Sequence record: SRR31156797_1757
Reading direction: 5' to 3' (one strand)
DNA: 41,432 bases
Below the pieces are notes generated by a model, which saw nothing but the letters and a program-made list of their open reading frames with translations, had not been told where the DNA came from and ran no database searches. A program made the translations under genes and the position numbers. This document shows positions 9,975-19,438 of this stretch, one piece after another (the first letter of the stretch is position 1; every line of letters begins with the position of its first letter).

Positions 9975-12900
9975 ATGAAAAAAAATACATTTCTATTCTT
10001 ATTATTCCTTTTGGCAATTACTTCTTGCACACAGAAAAGTAAAGTGATATGGCAAATTGGTAAGAATGACAATTCGGGTGCTGAATTCGCTTTGTCGAAC
10101 AATGAGTATCAGCATTACATAGCTAATGATTTTGGTTGGGAAGACAAGTATTTTCTGATTGGAACATCAGATGAAAAGAAGGATTGGCCATATATTATTC
10201 CTGGAATAAGTGACACTTGGGGAGGTACTTGGGGAACATCCGGATGGAGATCAAGCACCTTAAATATTCTGTTTGGGATAGATCAACTTCCCAAAACTGG
10301 CAAATGGAAATTGACCCTTGATATTTTAGATTGCAATCCGGCTGATTTACCTCTTTTTAAGGTATCTGTAAATGGAAAATCCTGGAAGTATAGACTTCCT
10401 GTGATTAATGCGAATTCAAAAATCGAAAATTCACCTATAGATTCATCGGAATATCTAATTGAAATACCAATTTTAAGTCAGTTAATAAAAAAAGGAGGAA
10501 ACGAGATTTCTTTATCAACAATTGAAGGTTCGTGGTTAAAATTCGATCAAATTAAGTTGGAAGGACCTGGCAATGTTGAACTTTGCAAGGAAAATTCAAT
10601 TCACTTGCGTGATGTTTCGGCTGCTGATTATGAGATAGAATTGGATGGAAATTCTTATCAGGCATTAATTGTTGATGTTGAGCATTTATCAGGTAATCCA
10701 GAACTGAAAGTTTTGCTTGATGGAAAAGATATCTTTACCGAAACAGTTGAAAAGGGAAGATATATTTTTGAAGCACCAATGCCATCGGTTTCTTCTGATG
10801 TAACTAGCAAATACGAAATTTTAGCTGATGATGTGGTAATTGAATCGGGTGAAATTTTTCGAGAGCATTGTGATACCATTACACCAGCAGAATATGTTGA
10901 TACGAAAATGGGAACGGGTCATTCTCGTTGGATGATTGCTCCCGGACCTTGGATGCCATTTAGTATGGTAAAATTGAGTCCGGATAATCAGAACGCTGCC
11001 TGGCAAGGAGGATATGAACCTAGTTTTGAATCGATAGGCTGTTTTAGTCATATTCATGAATGGACCGTTGCTGGTTTGGGAATTATGCCCACTAATGGTC
11101 CTTTGCAGATTAAAGTGGGAGATGAAAAGGATCCGGATAGCGGTTACAGATCGAGAATTGATAAAGCCACGGAGAAAGCACCAATTGGATATTACAGCGT
11201 TGAATTAACGGATTATAATATTTTGACAGAGCTTACATCTACTACGCGTTGTGGATTTCAGCGATATACATTTCCTGATTCTTTAGAGAATAGAATTTTG
11301 ATCGATTTGCAAATTCCTTGCGAATACACTTATCAAAACAAAGAAATAGAAATCAAGCAGGTTAGCGATACCCGAATCGAAGGATTTTCTCATCAGTTAA
11401 CCGAAAATACCTGGGCTGGAGGAATTGATCAGGAGTATAAAATTTTCTTTGTAATTGAATTTGATCAGCCGATAGTAAAAAGTGGTGCATGGATTGATGA
11501 TGCAATTTTGGAATCAACAAAAATCCGTTGTAAGAATCCGAAAGATGCAGGGTACTTTGTAGAGTTTGCTAAGCAAGAAAATAATCAGGTACAAGTTCGT
11601 ACGGGAATTTCCTATGTCAGTATAGCAAATGCTTCAGAGAATTTAAAGAAAGAGATTGCTGATCCTTTCGACTGGAGTTTTGATGCAGTAAGAGCTTATC
11701 ATGTTTCGGAATGGAATAAATTAATTGGTAGAGTTAAGATATCTAGTAATGATAAGAGTGAGAAAAAGCGTTTTTACAATGCCATGTATCGTTCTATTTG
11801 TAGTCGAAATATTTTCTCCGATGTAAATGGACAATGGCGAGATGCAGATGAAAAAATCAGACAATTAGAAGATCCTTCGTCACCAGCTTTAGGTTGTGAT
11901 GCTTTCTGGAATACCTTTTGGAATTTGAACCAATTTTGGAATTTGGTAACTCCCGAGTGGAGTAATCGTTGGGTAAAATCACAATTGGCAATGTACGATG
12001 CCAATGGTTGGTTGGCTAAAGGTCCTGCAGCAATGGAATATGTTCCGGTGATGGTGGCAGAACACGAGATTCCTTTGATTGTTGGTGCCTACCAAATGGG
12101 AATTCGAGATTATAATGTCAAAAAAGCATATGAAGCGGTAAGGAAAATGCAGACAACTCCTGCTCGAAAAGTTGGTGGTGGTTTTGCTGGAAACCGCGAT
12201 TTAGTTACTTACTTAAAACATGGCTATGTGCCTTACGATAAAGGACGTTTTTCCAATTCTCTTGAATATTCATTTGATGATTGGACGGTTTCTCAATTTG
12301 CCAAGGCTCTGGGGAAAATGTCTGATCATAAGAAATTTTTGAAACGTGGTTATTACTGGAAAAATATCATCGATAAAGATATGGGCTATGCTCGTATGAA
12401 AGATTCCAGGGGAAATTGGGCTAAAGATTTTGATCCTTATAAATCTGGTGCCAATCATCATTATGTTGAAGGTAATGCCTGGCAGTTGACCTATTTTGTT
12501 CCTCAAGATGTACCAGCTTTGGCAGAACAGATTGGAAAAGATCGATTTATTAAACGTTTGGATTGGGGATTTAAAGAGAGTGACAAAACCCGTTTTAATG
12601 GAATGAACGATCAATATTGGAACTATCCAGTCATTCAGGGAAATCAACAATCGATGCATTTTGCATTTCTTTTTAATTGGGTTGGGAAACCTTGGCTAAC
12701 TCAAAAGTGGAGTAGAGCCATTATGGATAGATATTATGGACATGGTGTATCAAATGCTTATTTGGGTGATGAAGATCAGGGACAAATGAGTGCTTGGTTC
12801 GTAATGGCTTCTTTAGGATTGTTTCAAACAGATGGAGGCTGCAGTACAGAGCCTGTTTATGAAATTGCCAGTCCATTGTTTGAGAAAGTTGAAATTGACC

Positions 12901-13106
12901 TTGGAGAAAGATTTGGAAGGGGAGAAAAATTTGTGATAGAAGCAAAAAATGCCTCTCGATTGAATAAATACGTTCAGTCTGCAAAACTAAATGGGAAGAC
13001 TTTACAAGACTTTAAATTCCCGACAAGCGAATTGCTAAAAGGAGGAAAGTTAGAGTTGGAAATGGGTGCAAAACCTAATAAGAACTGGGGAATAGTGGAG
13101 AAGTAA
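9975..13106 (+). CDS. GH92 alpha-mannosidase with N-terminal beta-sandwich extension, predicted lipoprotein
   Basis: Lipobox AITSC. The GH92 core starts near YVDTKMGT (PFSMVKLSPD, YVEGNAWQLTYFVPQD, QGNQQS, GDEDQGQMSAWFV). About 300 aa N-terminal region beginning IWQIGKNDNSGAEF. Confidence 0.92.
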   Translation: MKKNTFLFLLFLLAITSCTQKSKVIWQIGKNDNSGAEFALSNNEYQHYIANDFGWEDKYFLIGTSDEKKDWPYIIPGISDTWGGTWGTSGWRSSTLNILFGIDQLPKTGKWKLTLDILDCNPADLPLFKVSVNGKSWKYRLPVINANSKIENSPIDSSEYLIEIPILSQLIKKGGNEISLSTIEGSWLKFDQIKLEGPGNVELCKENSIHLRDVSAADYEIELDGNSYQALIVDVEHLSGNPELKVLLDGKDIFTETVEKGRYIFEAPMPSVSSDVTSKYEILADDVVIESGEIFREHCDTITPAEYVDTKMGTGHSRWMIAPGPWMPFSMVKLSPDNQNAAWQGGYEPSFESIGCFSHIHEWTVAGLGIMPTNGPLQIKVGDEKDPDSGYRSRIDKATEKAPIGYYSVELTDYNILTELTSTTRCGFQRYTFPDSLENRILIDLQIPCEYTYQNKEIEIKQVSDTRIEGFSHQLTENTWAGGIDQEYKIFFVIEFDQPIVKSGAWIDDAILESTKIRCKNPKDAGYFVEFAKQENNQVQVRTGISYVSIANASENLKKEIADPFDWSFDAVRAYHVSEWNKLIGRVKISSNDKSEKKRFYNAMYRSICSRNIFSDVNGQWRDADEKIRQLEDPSSPALGCDAFWNTFWNLNQFWNLVTPEWSNRWVKSQLAMYDANGWLAKGPAAMEYVPVMVAEHEIPLIVGAYQMGIRDYNVKKAYEAVRKMQTTPARKVGGGFAGNRDLVTYLKHGYVPYDKGRFSNSLEYSFDDWTVSQFAKALGKMSDHKKFLKRGYYWKNIIDKDMGYARMKDSRGNWAKDFDPYKSGANHHYVEGNAWQLTYFVPQDVPALAEQIGKDRFIKRLDWGFKESDKTRFNGMNDQYWNYPVIQGNQQSMHFAFLFNWVGKPWLTQKWSRAIMDRYYGHGVSNAYLGDEDQGQMSAWFVMASLGLFQTDGGCSTEPVYEIASPLFEKVEIDLGERFGRGEKFVIEAKNASRLNKYVQSAKLNGKTLQDFKFPTSELLKGGKLELEMGAKPNKNWGIVEK

Positions 13107-13126
13107 ATAGTAAGAAGTTTGGATAT

Positions 13127-13154
13127 AAAAGCTCACCTTTGGGTGAGCTTTTTT
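13127..13154 (+). terminator. Rho-independent terminator of the mannoside cluster
   Basis: AAAAGCTCACC-TTTG-GGTGAGCTTTT plus a T tract. Confidence 0.9.
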
Positions 13155-13204
13155 CAATTAGGAATATGATTATCTTTATTGTCAATTAATTACAGATGTA
13201 TCAG

Positions 13205-13648
13205 ATGAAAGAAATAGAAGAAAAAGCCATCCATTCGTTTTACAATGGGATGAATTGCGCTCAATCTGTATTGACAGCTTATGCAGATTATTTGAAATTT
13301 GATCCGCAAATGGCTTTGTCCGTATCGGCTGGCTTTGGCGGCGGTATTGGAAAAATGCAGAAGACTTGTGGCGCTGTTACCGGATCGTTTATGGTTTTGG
13401 GAATTAGCAATTCTAAGAAGCATGTTGAGAATATAGATGCTAGGAATGCAACGAATGAAATGATCCAAAAATTTACAGTTGATTTCACAGCATTACATGG
13501 ATCATTGGATTGTAAGGCACTTTTAAATTGTGATTTTAAAACAGAAGTGGGAGAGAAGCAGTTTAAGGATTTGAATCTGAAAAAGAACATTTGCTCTAAA
13601 TGTATTTCAGATTCAATTAAACTGATTGAGGAATTGGTTAATAAATAA
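13205..13648 (+). CDS. C_GCAxxG_C_C family putative redox-active protein
   Basis: NCAQSV, GFGGGIG, TCGAVTG, DCKAL and CSKC cysteine pattern. The start could be 13196 or 13205. Confidence 0.85.
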   Translation: MKEIEEKAIHSFYNGMNCAQSVLTAYADYLKFDPQMALSVSAGFGGGIGKMQKTCGAVTGSFMVLGISNSKKHVENIDARNATNEMIQKFTVDFTALHGSLDCKALLNCDFKTEVGEKQFKDLNLKKNICSKCISDSIKLIEELVNK

Positions 13649-13663
13649 TGGTTTAAATAAAAA

Positions 13664-13687
13664 ATCCCCATCCGTACGGATGAGGAT
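13664..13687. terminator. Probable bidirectional terminator between convergent genes
   Basis: ATCC-C-CATCCG-TA-CGGATG-A-GGAT hairpin, A-rich on the left and T-rich on the right. Confidence 0.65.
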
Positions 13688-13697
13688 ATTTATATTT

Positions 13698-14531
13698 TTA
13701 GCCAGCTATTACAAAACTAATGTTATCTCCTAACCAACAACCTCCTTCGGGTAGGACCTTGTCAGAGCTTTTCAGGATCTTGAATCCGTTGTCATGAAGC
13801 ATTTTTTCTATATCATTCATGGTAAAATAATGAGTCCAAAATCGAAATGTTTTGGGCATTGTATTTTCCTGAATTAAAATATGTTGAAACAATAACACTT
13901 GTTTTTCTGGATAATGAAATGGTTCCGATAAGCATAAGTATGGTTCAGAACTCCAAAAGCCTTGTTGTGCTGTTTCCCAATTTTTAACTCCAATCTTTTG
14001 ATCAAGATTGCGTTCATTGTTAAAGTCAAAAGCAAATACACCTCCTGGTTTAAGAGCTTTCTTAATTTTTGACAATAACAATTCTTGTTCTGCAGGTAGT
14101 AAAATGCAAAAATCAGTATAAATTAAAATTACCAGGTCAAACTGGTTTTCGTATTCGATTTCCAAATAATTTTGACAGATATAATCGATGTCAAATTCTT
14201 TTATTTTCGCTTGTTCTTTTGCATAACAAATCGAGTTCTCAGAAAAATCAATTCCTGTAATTTTGTGTCCACGTATGTGTAATTCCTCAGCATAAAGCCC
14301 AGGACCACAACCTAAATCAAGTACATCTAGTCCAGAGCCTGATGAATAATCAAGAATCCAATTTAATGTGGCTTGAATAGAATCAGGTTTTCTACTAGCT
14401 AAATTTATCTCAGGATTTAAGTGAATCTCTAGTAAATTCTTTGAAATGTATGGATCAGTCCACATCTGATCTGTTCCTTTTTCGTGTACTTTTGGGCGAT
14501 TACTTGTAGTTATAATATTGTTAATATTCAT
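13698..14531 (-). CDS. Class I SAM-dependent methyltransferase
   Basis: Motif I VLDLGCGPG, GIDFS, FDLVILIY, LKPGGVFAFD. The start is uncertain (14531 or 14561). Confidence 0.88.
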   Translation of the reverse strand: MNINNIITTSNRPKVHEKGTDQMWTDPYISKNLLEIHLNPEINLASRKPDSIQATLNWILDYSSGSGLDVLDLGCGPGLYAEELHIRGHKITGIDFSENSICYAKEQAKIKEFDIDYICQNYLEIEYENQFDLVILIYTDFCILLPAEQELLLSKIKKALKPGGVFAFDFNNERNLDQKIGVKNWETAQQGFWSSEPYLCLSEPFHYPEKQVLLFQHILIQENTMPKTFRFWTHYFTMNDIEKMLHDNGFKILKSSDKVLPEGGCWLGDNISFVIAG

Positions 14532-14598
14532 ATCTATTACATTTGAATGCAACAATTCCATTGCATTTATTCTTAAAAAATAATTAGATTTTTAAATG

Positions 14599-14700
14599 AA
14601 TTGGGGGCGCACAATAAAGTGCACACCAATGTTGTTTGGTGAGTTCCCAATTAACTTTTCAGGTTGAAAAGTTGTTTTTGATATGATATTAAAGAGCCAT
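14599..14700 (-). promoter_or_regulatory. Structured 5' leader of methyltransferase (uORF MAL*, 9-bp hairpin, three-way junction)
   Basis: ATGGCTCTTTAA on the minus strand at 14700-14689. Hairpin at 14653-14673. An outer stem (14599-14605 with 14646-14652) encloses two hairpins. Confidence 0.45.
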
Positions 14701-14708
14701 AAGTGCCA

Positions 14709-14738
14709 CAAAATTAAATATTTTTGGTTGTAAACAAA
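14709..14738 (-). promoter_or_regulatory. Bacteroidota sigma-A promoter for methyltransferase
   Basis: On the minus strand: TTTG (14738-14735), 18 nt spacer, TAATTTTG (14716-14709). Confidence 0.65.
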
Positions 14739-14767
14739 TTTATGTGCTAAAATTTAAAAATTGAGAC

Positions 14768-14799
14768 AAAAAAAAGTCCTCACAATTTGTGAGGACTTT
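14768..14799 (-). terminator. Rho-independent terminator of Na/Pi cotransporter
   Basis: AAAGTCCTCACA-ATT-TGTGAGGACTTT stem with an A8 run on the left (U tail on the minus strand). Confidence 0.9.
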
Positions 14800-14823
14800 A
14801 TATAAAGGTTTCTGAGTTTTCAA

Positions 14824-16518
14824 TTATTCCTTGATCTCATTTATTGCTTCACTTACGTTGATACAGTAATCACCGATTTTTTCACATTCAGAGAACATAT
14901 CGTTGTAAATAATACCAGCTTGATACTTGTACTTGTTTTCTTCAACATTTGCCAAGTGTTCAGTTTTAAGAGCCGTTCTATAATCATTAATTTCACGCTC
15001 AATTTCCCACGCTTTTTTAATTCTTACTTCCGAAAACTCCATCTTTGTATTTTCGTGCATCATGTCAAGAGCTTGATCAACGTGCTCAAACATTTTATTG
15101 ATATTATCTCTCAATTCCTGAGGGAACCATGCTTTTTGCTCACGTTTTCTTTTCATTGCTTTGGCAAGATTCAGAGTAGAATCACCAACACTTTCGATAT
15201 CACTTACCATTTTAAAGTAAGCACGAACACGTTCCGAATTTTCAGTACTTAAGCGAGTTTCAGAAACAGAGGTAAGGAAATTTGCAATTTCAATTTCCAT
15301 ATCATCACTTTCATCTTCTCGTTGAGAAATTTTATCGAATAGCTTATTGAAAGATTTATCGTTGGTTTCGTTGAAGGCTTGCTTAGTATAGCTAAACATT
15401 TTCTTAGTACTCTTCACATAAGTGCTAATTTCTTGCTTGGCAAGAAATAGAGATGCTTCCGGAGTTGAAAGTGTTCCAGTTTTAATGTGCTGAAGTTTAA
15501 ATTCTTCTTCAGTATCTTCTTTTACCGGTACCAGTTTGGTTACTACTTTTACAATTAGATTGGCAAACCAAATCATAATCACAACATTAAGAATGTTGAA
15601 TCCTGTATGGAATAAGGATAAGGTTACAGGTACAGCAGCTGCATCTGTAAAGGCATTTCCTTGTCCAAAGAAATTTTGACTTACCCAGGCTACCGCTTCA
15701 AGGAAATAAGGTAATAATAATAGCATCCAAAATACCCCAATAGTATTAAAAATAAGGTGAGCTCTTGCAGCTCTTTTGGCTGAAGTATTGGCAATCATTG
15801 CCGCAAGGTTTGCAGTAATAGTTGTTCCAATGTTCTCACCAAGAACCATAGCAGCCGCCATTTCAAAACTAATCCATCCACTATTACACATTACCAAGGT
15901 AAGCGCCATTGTAGCCGATGAAGATTGAATTAAGATGGTAAGTAATGTACCAATACCCATAAATAAAATGGTAGAGGCAAATCCCATATCAGTATAACTA
16001 GTCAAGAAATTTAAAATCTCTGGGTTACTCTTAATGTCAGGCATCGAGGTTTTCAGGAACTGCAAGCCAATAAATAGCAATGCAAAACCCATGATCAATT
16101 CACCCCAATTCTTTCTCGAACGATTTTGAGAAAATAAGAATGGTAATCCCATTCCAATAAGAGGAAGTGAAATAGCACTCATACTCACTTTAAATCCAAG
16201 AATAGAGATTAACCAGGCAGTAACAGTCGTACCAATATTGGCACCCATAATAACGCCTACTGATTCTACCAGCGAAAGCAATCCAGCATTCACAAAACTA
16301 ACAACCATTACAGTTGTTGCTGATGAAGATTGAATTAATGCGGTGATCAAAACTCCTGTAAAAACACCTTTTACACGGTTTGATGTCATTGCAGCAAGAA
16401 TACTTCTCATCTTGTCGCCTGCAACTTTTTGAAGAGCCTCACTCATTAGTTTCATTCCGTATAGGAAAAGTCCCAGGGAACCAATGAGTCTTAAAATATC
16501 GGCTAATCCGTAATCCAT
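14824..16518 (-). CDS. Na/Pi cotransporter family protein with C-terminal PhoU-like domains
   Basis: Two QSSSAT repeats, GANIGTT and GENIGTT motifs, and a helical C-terminal region (DIESVGD, ECEKIGD). Confidence 0.93.
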   Translation of the reverse strand: MDYGLADILRLIGSLGLFLYGMKLMSEALQKVAGDKMRSILAAMTSNRVKGVFTGVLITALIQSSSATTVMVVSFVNAGLLSLVESVGVIMGANIGTTVTAWLISILGFKVSMSAISLPLIGMGLPFLFSQNRSRKNWGELIMGFALLFIGLQFLKTSMPDIKSNPEILNFLTSYTDMGFASTILFMGIGTLLTILIQSSSATMALTLVMCNSGWISFEMAAAMVLGENIGTTITANLAAMIANTSAKRAARAHLIFNTIGVFWMLLLLPYFLEAVAWVSQNFFGQGNAFTDAAAVPVTLSLFHTGFNILNVVIMIWFANLIVKVVTKLVPVKEDTEEEFKLQHIKTGTLSTPEASLFLAKQEISTYVKSTKKMFSYTKQAFNETNDKSFNKLFDKISQREDESDDMEIEIANFLTSVSETRLSTENSERVRAYFKMVSDIESVGDSTLNLAKAMKRKREQKAWFPQELRDNINKMFEHVDQALDMMHENTKMEFSEVRIKKAWEIEREINDYRTALKTEHLANVEENKYKYQAGIIYNDMFSECEKIGDYCINVSEAINEIKE

Positions 16519-16566
16519 AATTGACTAATTTAGTTTGTTTTCAATCGATTAGTTTGATAAGGTGGG

Positions 16567-16625
16567 CAAAAATAGAATTTTTTCAATGTAAATTCAATGT
16601 AAAGAGAAAGAAAAGTAAAAGTTAA
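16567..16625 (-). promoter_or_regulatory. Promoter (-7 TATTTTTG) with 11-bp tandem direct repeat, Pho-box-like
   Basis: -7 box at 16574-16567. Perfect repeat TTTACATTGAA x2 (minus strand) at 16603-16582, with an in-phase TTAACT at 16625-16620. Confidence 0.6.
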
Positions 16626-16881
16626 GGCATTAATTAGATTCTTTCGTTTTAATATTTTTTAACATTAAGGTACTGATCAATTAATCAGGAGGTTAAGAGT
16701 GCTTGAGATTTAAGATAAAACTGGTTGAAAATTATTATTTAACCATAATGCTTGAATGGGAACTGAAGAAATTTGTGGATTAGGAATTAATTTCTTAAAA
16801 GTCAGATCATTTGGTGCTTTTTCCGTATTTTTAATTCATTGGCTTAAAAATTGATATTGAAGAATAGTTAGGTGTAACTTA

Positions 16882-16917
16882 CATCTTTTGAAAAGATGAT
16901 ATTAAGTCGTATTTTCG
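16882..16917 (+). promoter_or_regulatory. Promoter for MMPL gene with overlapping 8-1-8 palindrome
   Basis: TTTG (16887-16890), 19 nt spacer, TATTTTCG (16910-16917). CATCTTTT-G-AAAAGATG (16882-16898) covers the -33 element. Confidence 0.55.
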
Positions 16918-16963
16918 CCGAAATCTAATTTAAAATCATACCTACTTAGCAGGATACTAGAAT

Positions 16964-19384
16964 ATGTGGAATAGAATTGCAGGATTAATTCTTAGGAATA
17001 GAATATTACTTTTAGTGATAATTGGGCTGGTTACTTCTTTCATGGCGTATAAGGCACAATTTGTGGAGATGTCATATCAGTATGCAGCACTTCTTCCCGA
17101 TGATGATCCAGCCTCTGTTGAGTATGAAAAATTCAAGAGTACATTCGGTCAGGAAGGAAATGTGATGTTCTTTGCAGTGCAAGATCCCGATTTCTATGAA
17201 CTTGAAAAGTTCAACGATTGGATTGCATTAGGAGATAGTCTTCATGCATTGGATGGTATTGATGCTGTAGTTTCCTTAGCACACACTTGGAATATAAATA
17301 AGAATAAAAAATTGAAGCGATTCGAGTTTGAACCTATTTTTCCCAATCATCTCGACTCACAAAAACAGTTAGATAGCTTAGCAAAAATAGCAGAATCTTT
17401 ACCGTTTTATCATGGTTCTTTAATCAATAAAGAGACCAATACCTTCTTGATGGCAATTACGGTAAATTCCAAAATCATCAATTCGAAGGCTCGCGAGCCA
17501 ATGGTTGCGAAAGTTCGTGAAATCACCGATAAATTTACTGCCAAGCACAGTTTGGATATGAAATATTCAGGTTTGCCTTACATTCGTGTGGTAACTGCTC
17601 AAATGATTAAGGGCGAGATGAATATGTTTATTTATTTATCATTGCTGGTTACCGCAATTATCCTTTTCATGTTTTTTCGATCATTCAAGGTGGTTTTCTT
17701 TTGTATGCTTGTTGTCGGATTAAGTGTGATATGGGCTGTAGGATCCATGGTTTTATTCGACTACAAAATAACTTTGCTTACTGCAATGTTACCACCATTG
17801 TTGGTTGTAATCGGGATTCCAAACTCGGTGTTTCTGATAAATAAGTATCATGGTGAATATATTCGTCATAACAATAAGATAAAAGCACTGCAGAGAGTGG
17901 TAGCTAAAATCGGAAATGCAACTTTCCTGACCAATTTGACTACCGCATCAGGTTTTGCAACTTTTATTGTGACTTCCAGTCAGATATTGAAAGAATTTGG
18001 AGTGATTGCAGCATTAAACATCATGGTTGTTTTTATGCTTTCCTTGCTTTTAATTCCTATTATTTTTAGTTTCTTAAATCCACCTGATGATAAGGCAACT
18101 AAGCACTTGGATAACAAACTTACTGTATGGTTTGTAGGGCGATTGGAAAAAATTGTATTGAATCATCGTAGTTTGGTTTATGCTGTTGCAATTACTTTAT
18201 TGGTTTTAGGAGGTTTTGGTATCAGTAAAATAAAAAGCACTGGTTATATGGTGGATGATCTGCCTCATGACAATGTGATCTTTCAGGATTTGAAATTTTT
18301 CGAAAAAAATATGGATGGAATCATGCCATTAGAGGTAATGATTGAAACCAAGAAGAAAGCTGCTGTTTTAAAATCATCTACTCTAAAGCGCCTAAACAAA
18401 TTAAACGATTCATTAAGAGCTTATCCGGAAATATCATCCTCGGTATCGGTTGTTGAAGCTGCAAAATTTGCCAACCAAGCCTATTTTAACGGGAAAGAAA
18501 AATACTATAAGTTACCAAGTAGTCAAACTCAAAATATTATCCTTTCGTATTTGGCTAAAGCGGATACGGGTGAAGATTCAAAAGTATTGGAGACCTTTGT
18601 GGATTCCACTCAAAGTTTAACTCGAATGAGTTTTAGAATGAAGGATATTGGTACAACTCGTATGGCGGAGATGGAGCAGAAAATTTTGGGACATGTTCAT
18701 GATATTTTTCCAGATAACAAATACAATGTTCAGGTGACTGGATCAAGCATCATCTTTTTTAAAGGAACAAAATATCTGATAAAGAACCTGTTTTTGAGTT
18801 TAGCTTTAGCAATTTTCTTAATAGCCTCGTTTATGGCTTGGATGTTTTCTTCAAAGAGAATGGTTGTGGTAGCTTTAATTCCTAACCTGTTACCATTGGT
18901 TGTTACGGCTGCTCTTATGGGATTTTTTGGTATTCCTATCAAAGCGTCAACGATTTTGGTTTTTAGTATTGCCTTTGGTATTTCCGTTGATGATACGATT
19001 CATTATCTGGCAAAATATCGTCAGGAGCTAAAAGCTACCAATTGGAGTATTCGTTCTTCAGTGGTATTGGCACTTCGCGAAACAGGTCAGAGTATGATGT
19101 ACACTTCTATCATCTTGTTCTTTGGTTTTAGCATTTTTGCTTTATCAGAGTTTGGAGGAACGGTTTCATTGGGAGTTCTGGTTTCATTAACCTTATTGTC
19201 GGCTATGCTTTCAAATTTGGTCTTGTTGCCATCATTATTGCTTACACTAGAGAAATTAATTACCAACCGTTCGTTTAAAGAACCATTGTTGCAGATTTTC
19301 GATGAAGAGGAAGATATCGAATTGGATGATCTTAGAATTGCAACATTCGAAAACAAAGACGAAAAAGAAACAGCAGTGAACTAA
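16964..19384 (+). CDS. MMPL/RND family membrane transporter
   Basis: Two repeats of 1 TM, a soluble loop and 5 TM. GISVDDTIHYL motif in the second half. Confidence 0.88.
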   Translation: MWNRIAGLILRNRILLLVIIGLVTSFMAYKAQFVEMSYQYAALLPDDDPASVEYEKFKSTFGQEGNVMFFAVQDPDFYELEKFNDWIALGDSLHALDGIDAVVSLAHTWNINKNKKLKRFEFEPIFPNHLDSQKQLDSLAKIAESLPFYHGSLINKETNTFLMAITVNSKIINSKAREPMVAKVREITDKFTAKHSLDMKYSGLPYIRVVTAQMIKGEMNMFIYLSLLVTAIILFMFFRSFKVVFFCMLVVGLSVIWAVGSMVLFDYKITLLTAMLPPLLVVIGIPNSVFLINKYHGEYIRHNNKIKALQRVVAKIGNATFLTNLTTASGFATFIVTSSQILKEFGVIAALNIMVVFMLSLLLIPIIFSFLNPPDDKATKHLDNKLTVWFVGRLEKIVLNHRSLVYAVAITLLVLGGFGISKIKSTGYMVDDLPHDNVIFQDLKFFEKNMDGIMPLEVMIETKKKAAVLKSSTLKRLNKLNDSLRAYPEISSSVSVVEAAKFANQAYFNGKEKYYKLPSSQTQNIILSYLAKADTGEDSKVLETFVDSTQSLTRMSFRMKDIGTTRMAEMEQKILGHVHDIFPDNKYNVQVTGSSIIFFKGTKYLIKNLFLSLALAIFLIASFMAWMFSSKRMVVVALIPNLLPLVVTAALMGFFGIPIKASTILVFSIAFGISVDDTIHYLAKYRQELKATNWSIRSSVVLALRETGQSMMYTSIILFFGFSIFALSEFGGTVSLGVLVSLTLLSAMLSNLVLLPSLLLTLEKLITNRSFKEPLLQIFDEEEDIELDDLRIATFENKDEKETAVN

Positions 19385-19438
19385 TTTTTTATATTTTAGT
19401 GAGCTGAAAATTAGATGCACACTAAACTGAATTTTAAC

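Noticed and set aside
1580-13154. Active mobile element or prophage carrying the mannoside cluster
   Set aside because: No integrase, transposase, tRNA target or phage gene was seen. Only the terminator similarity is reported.
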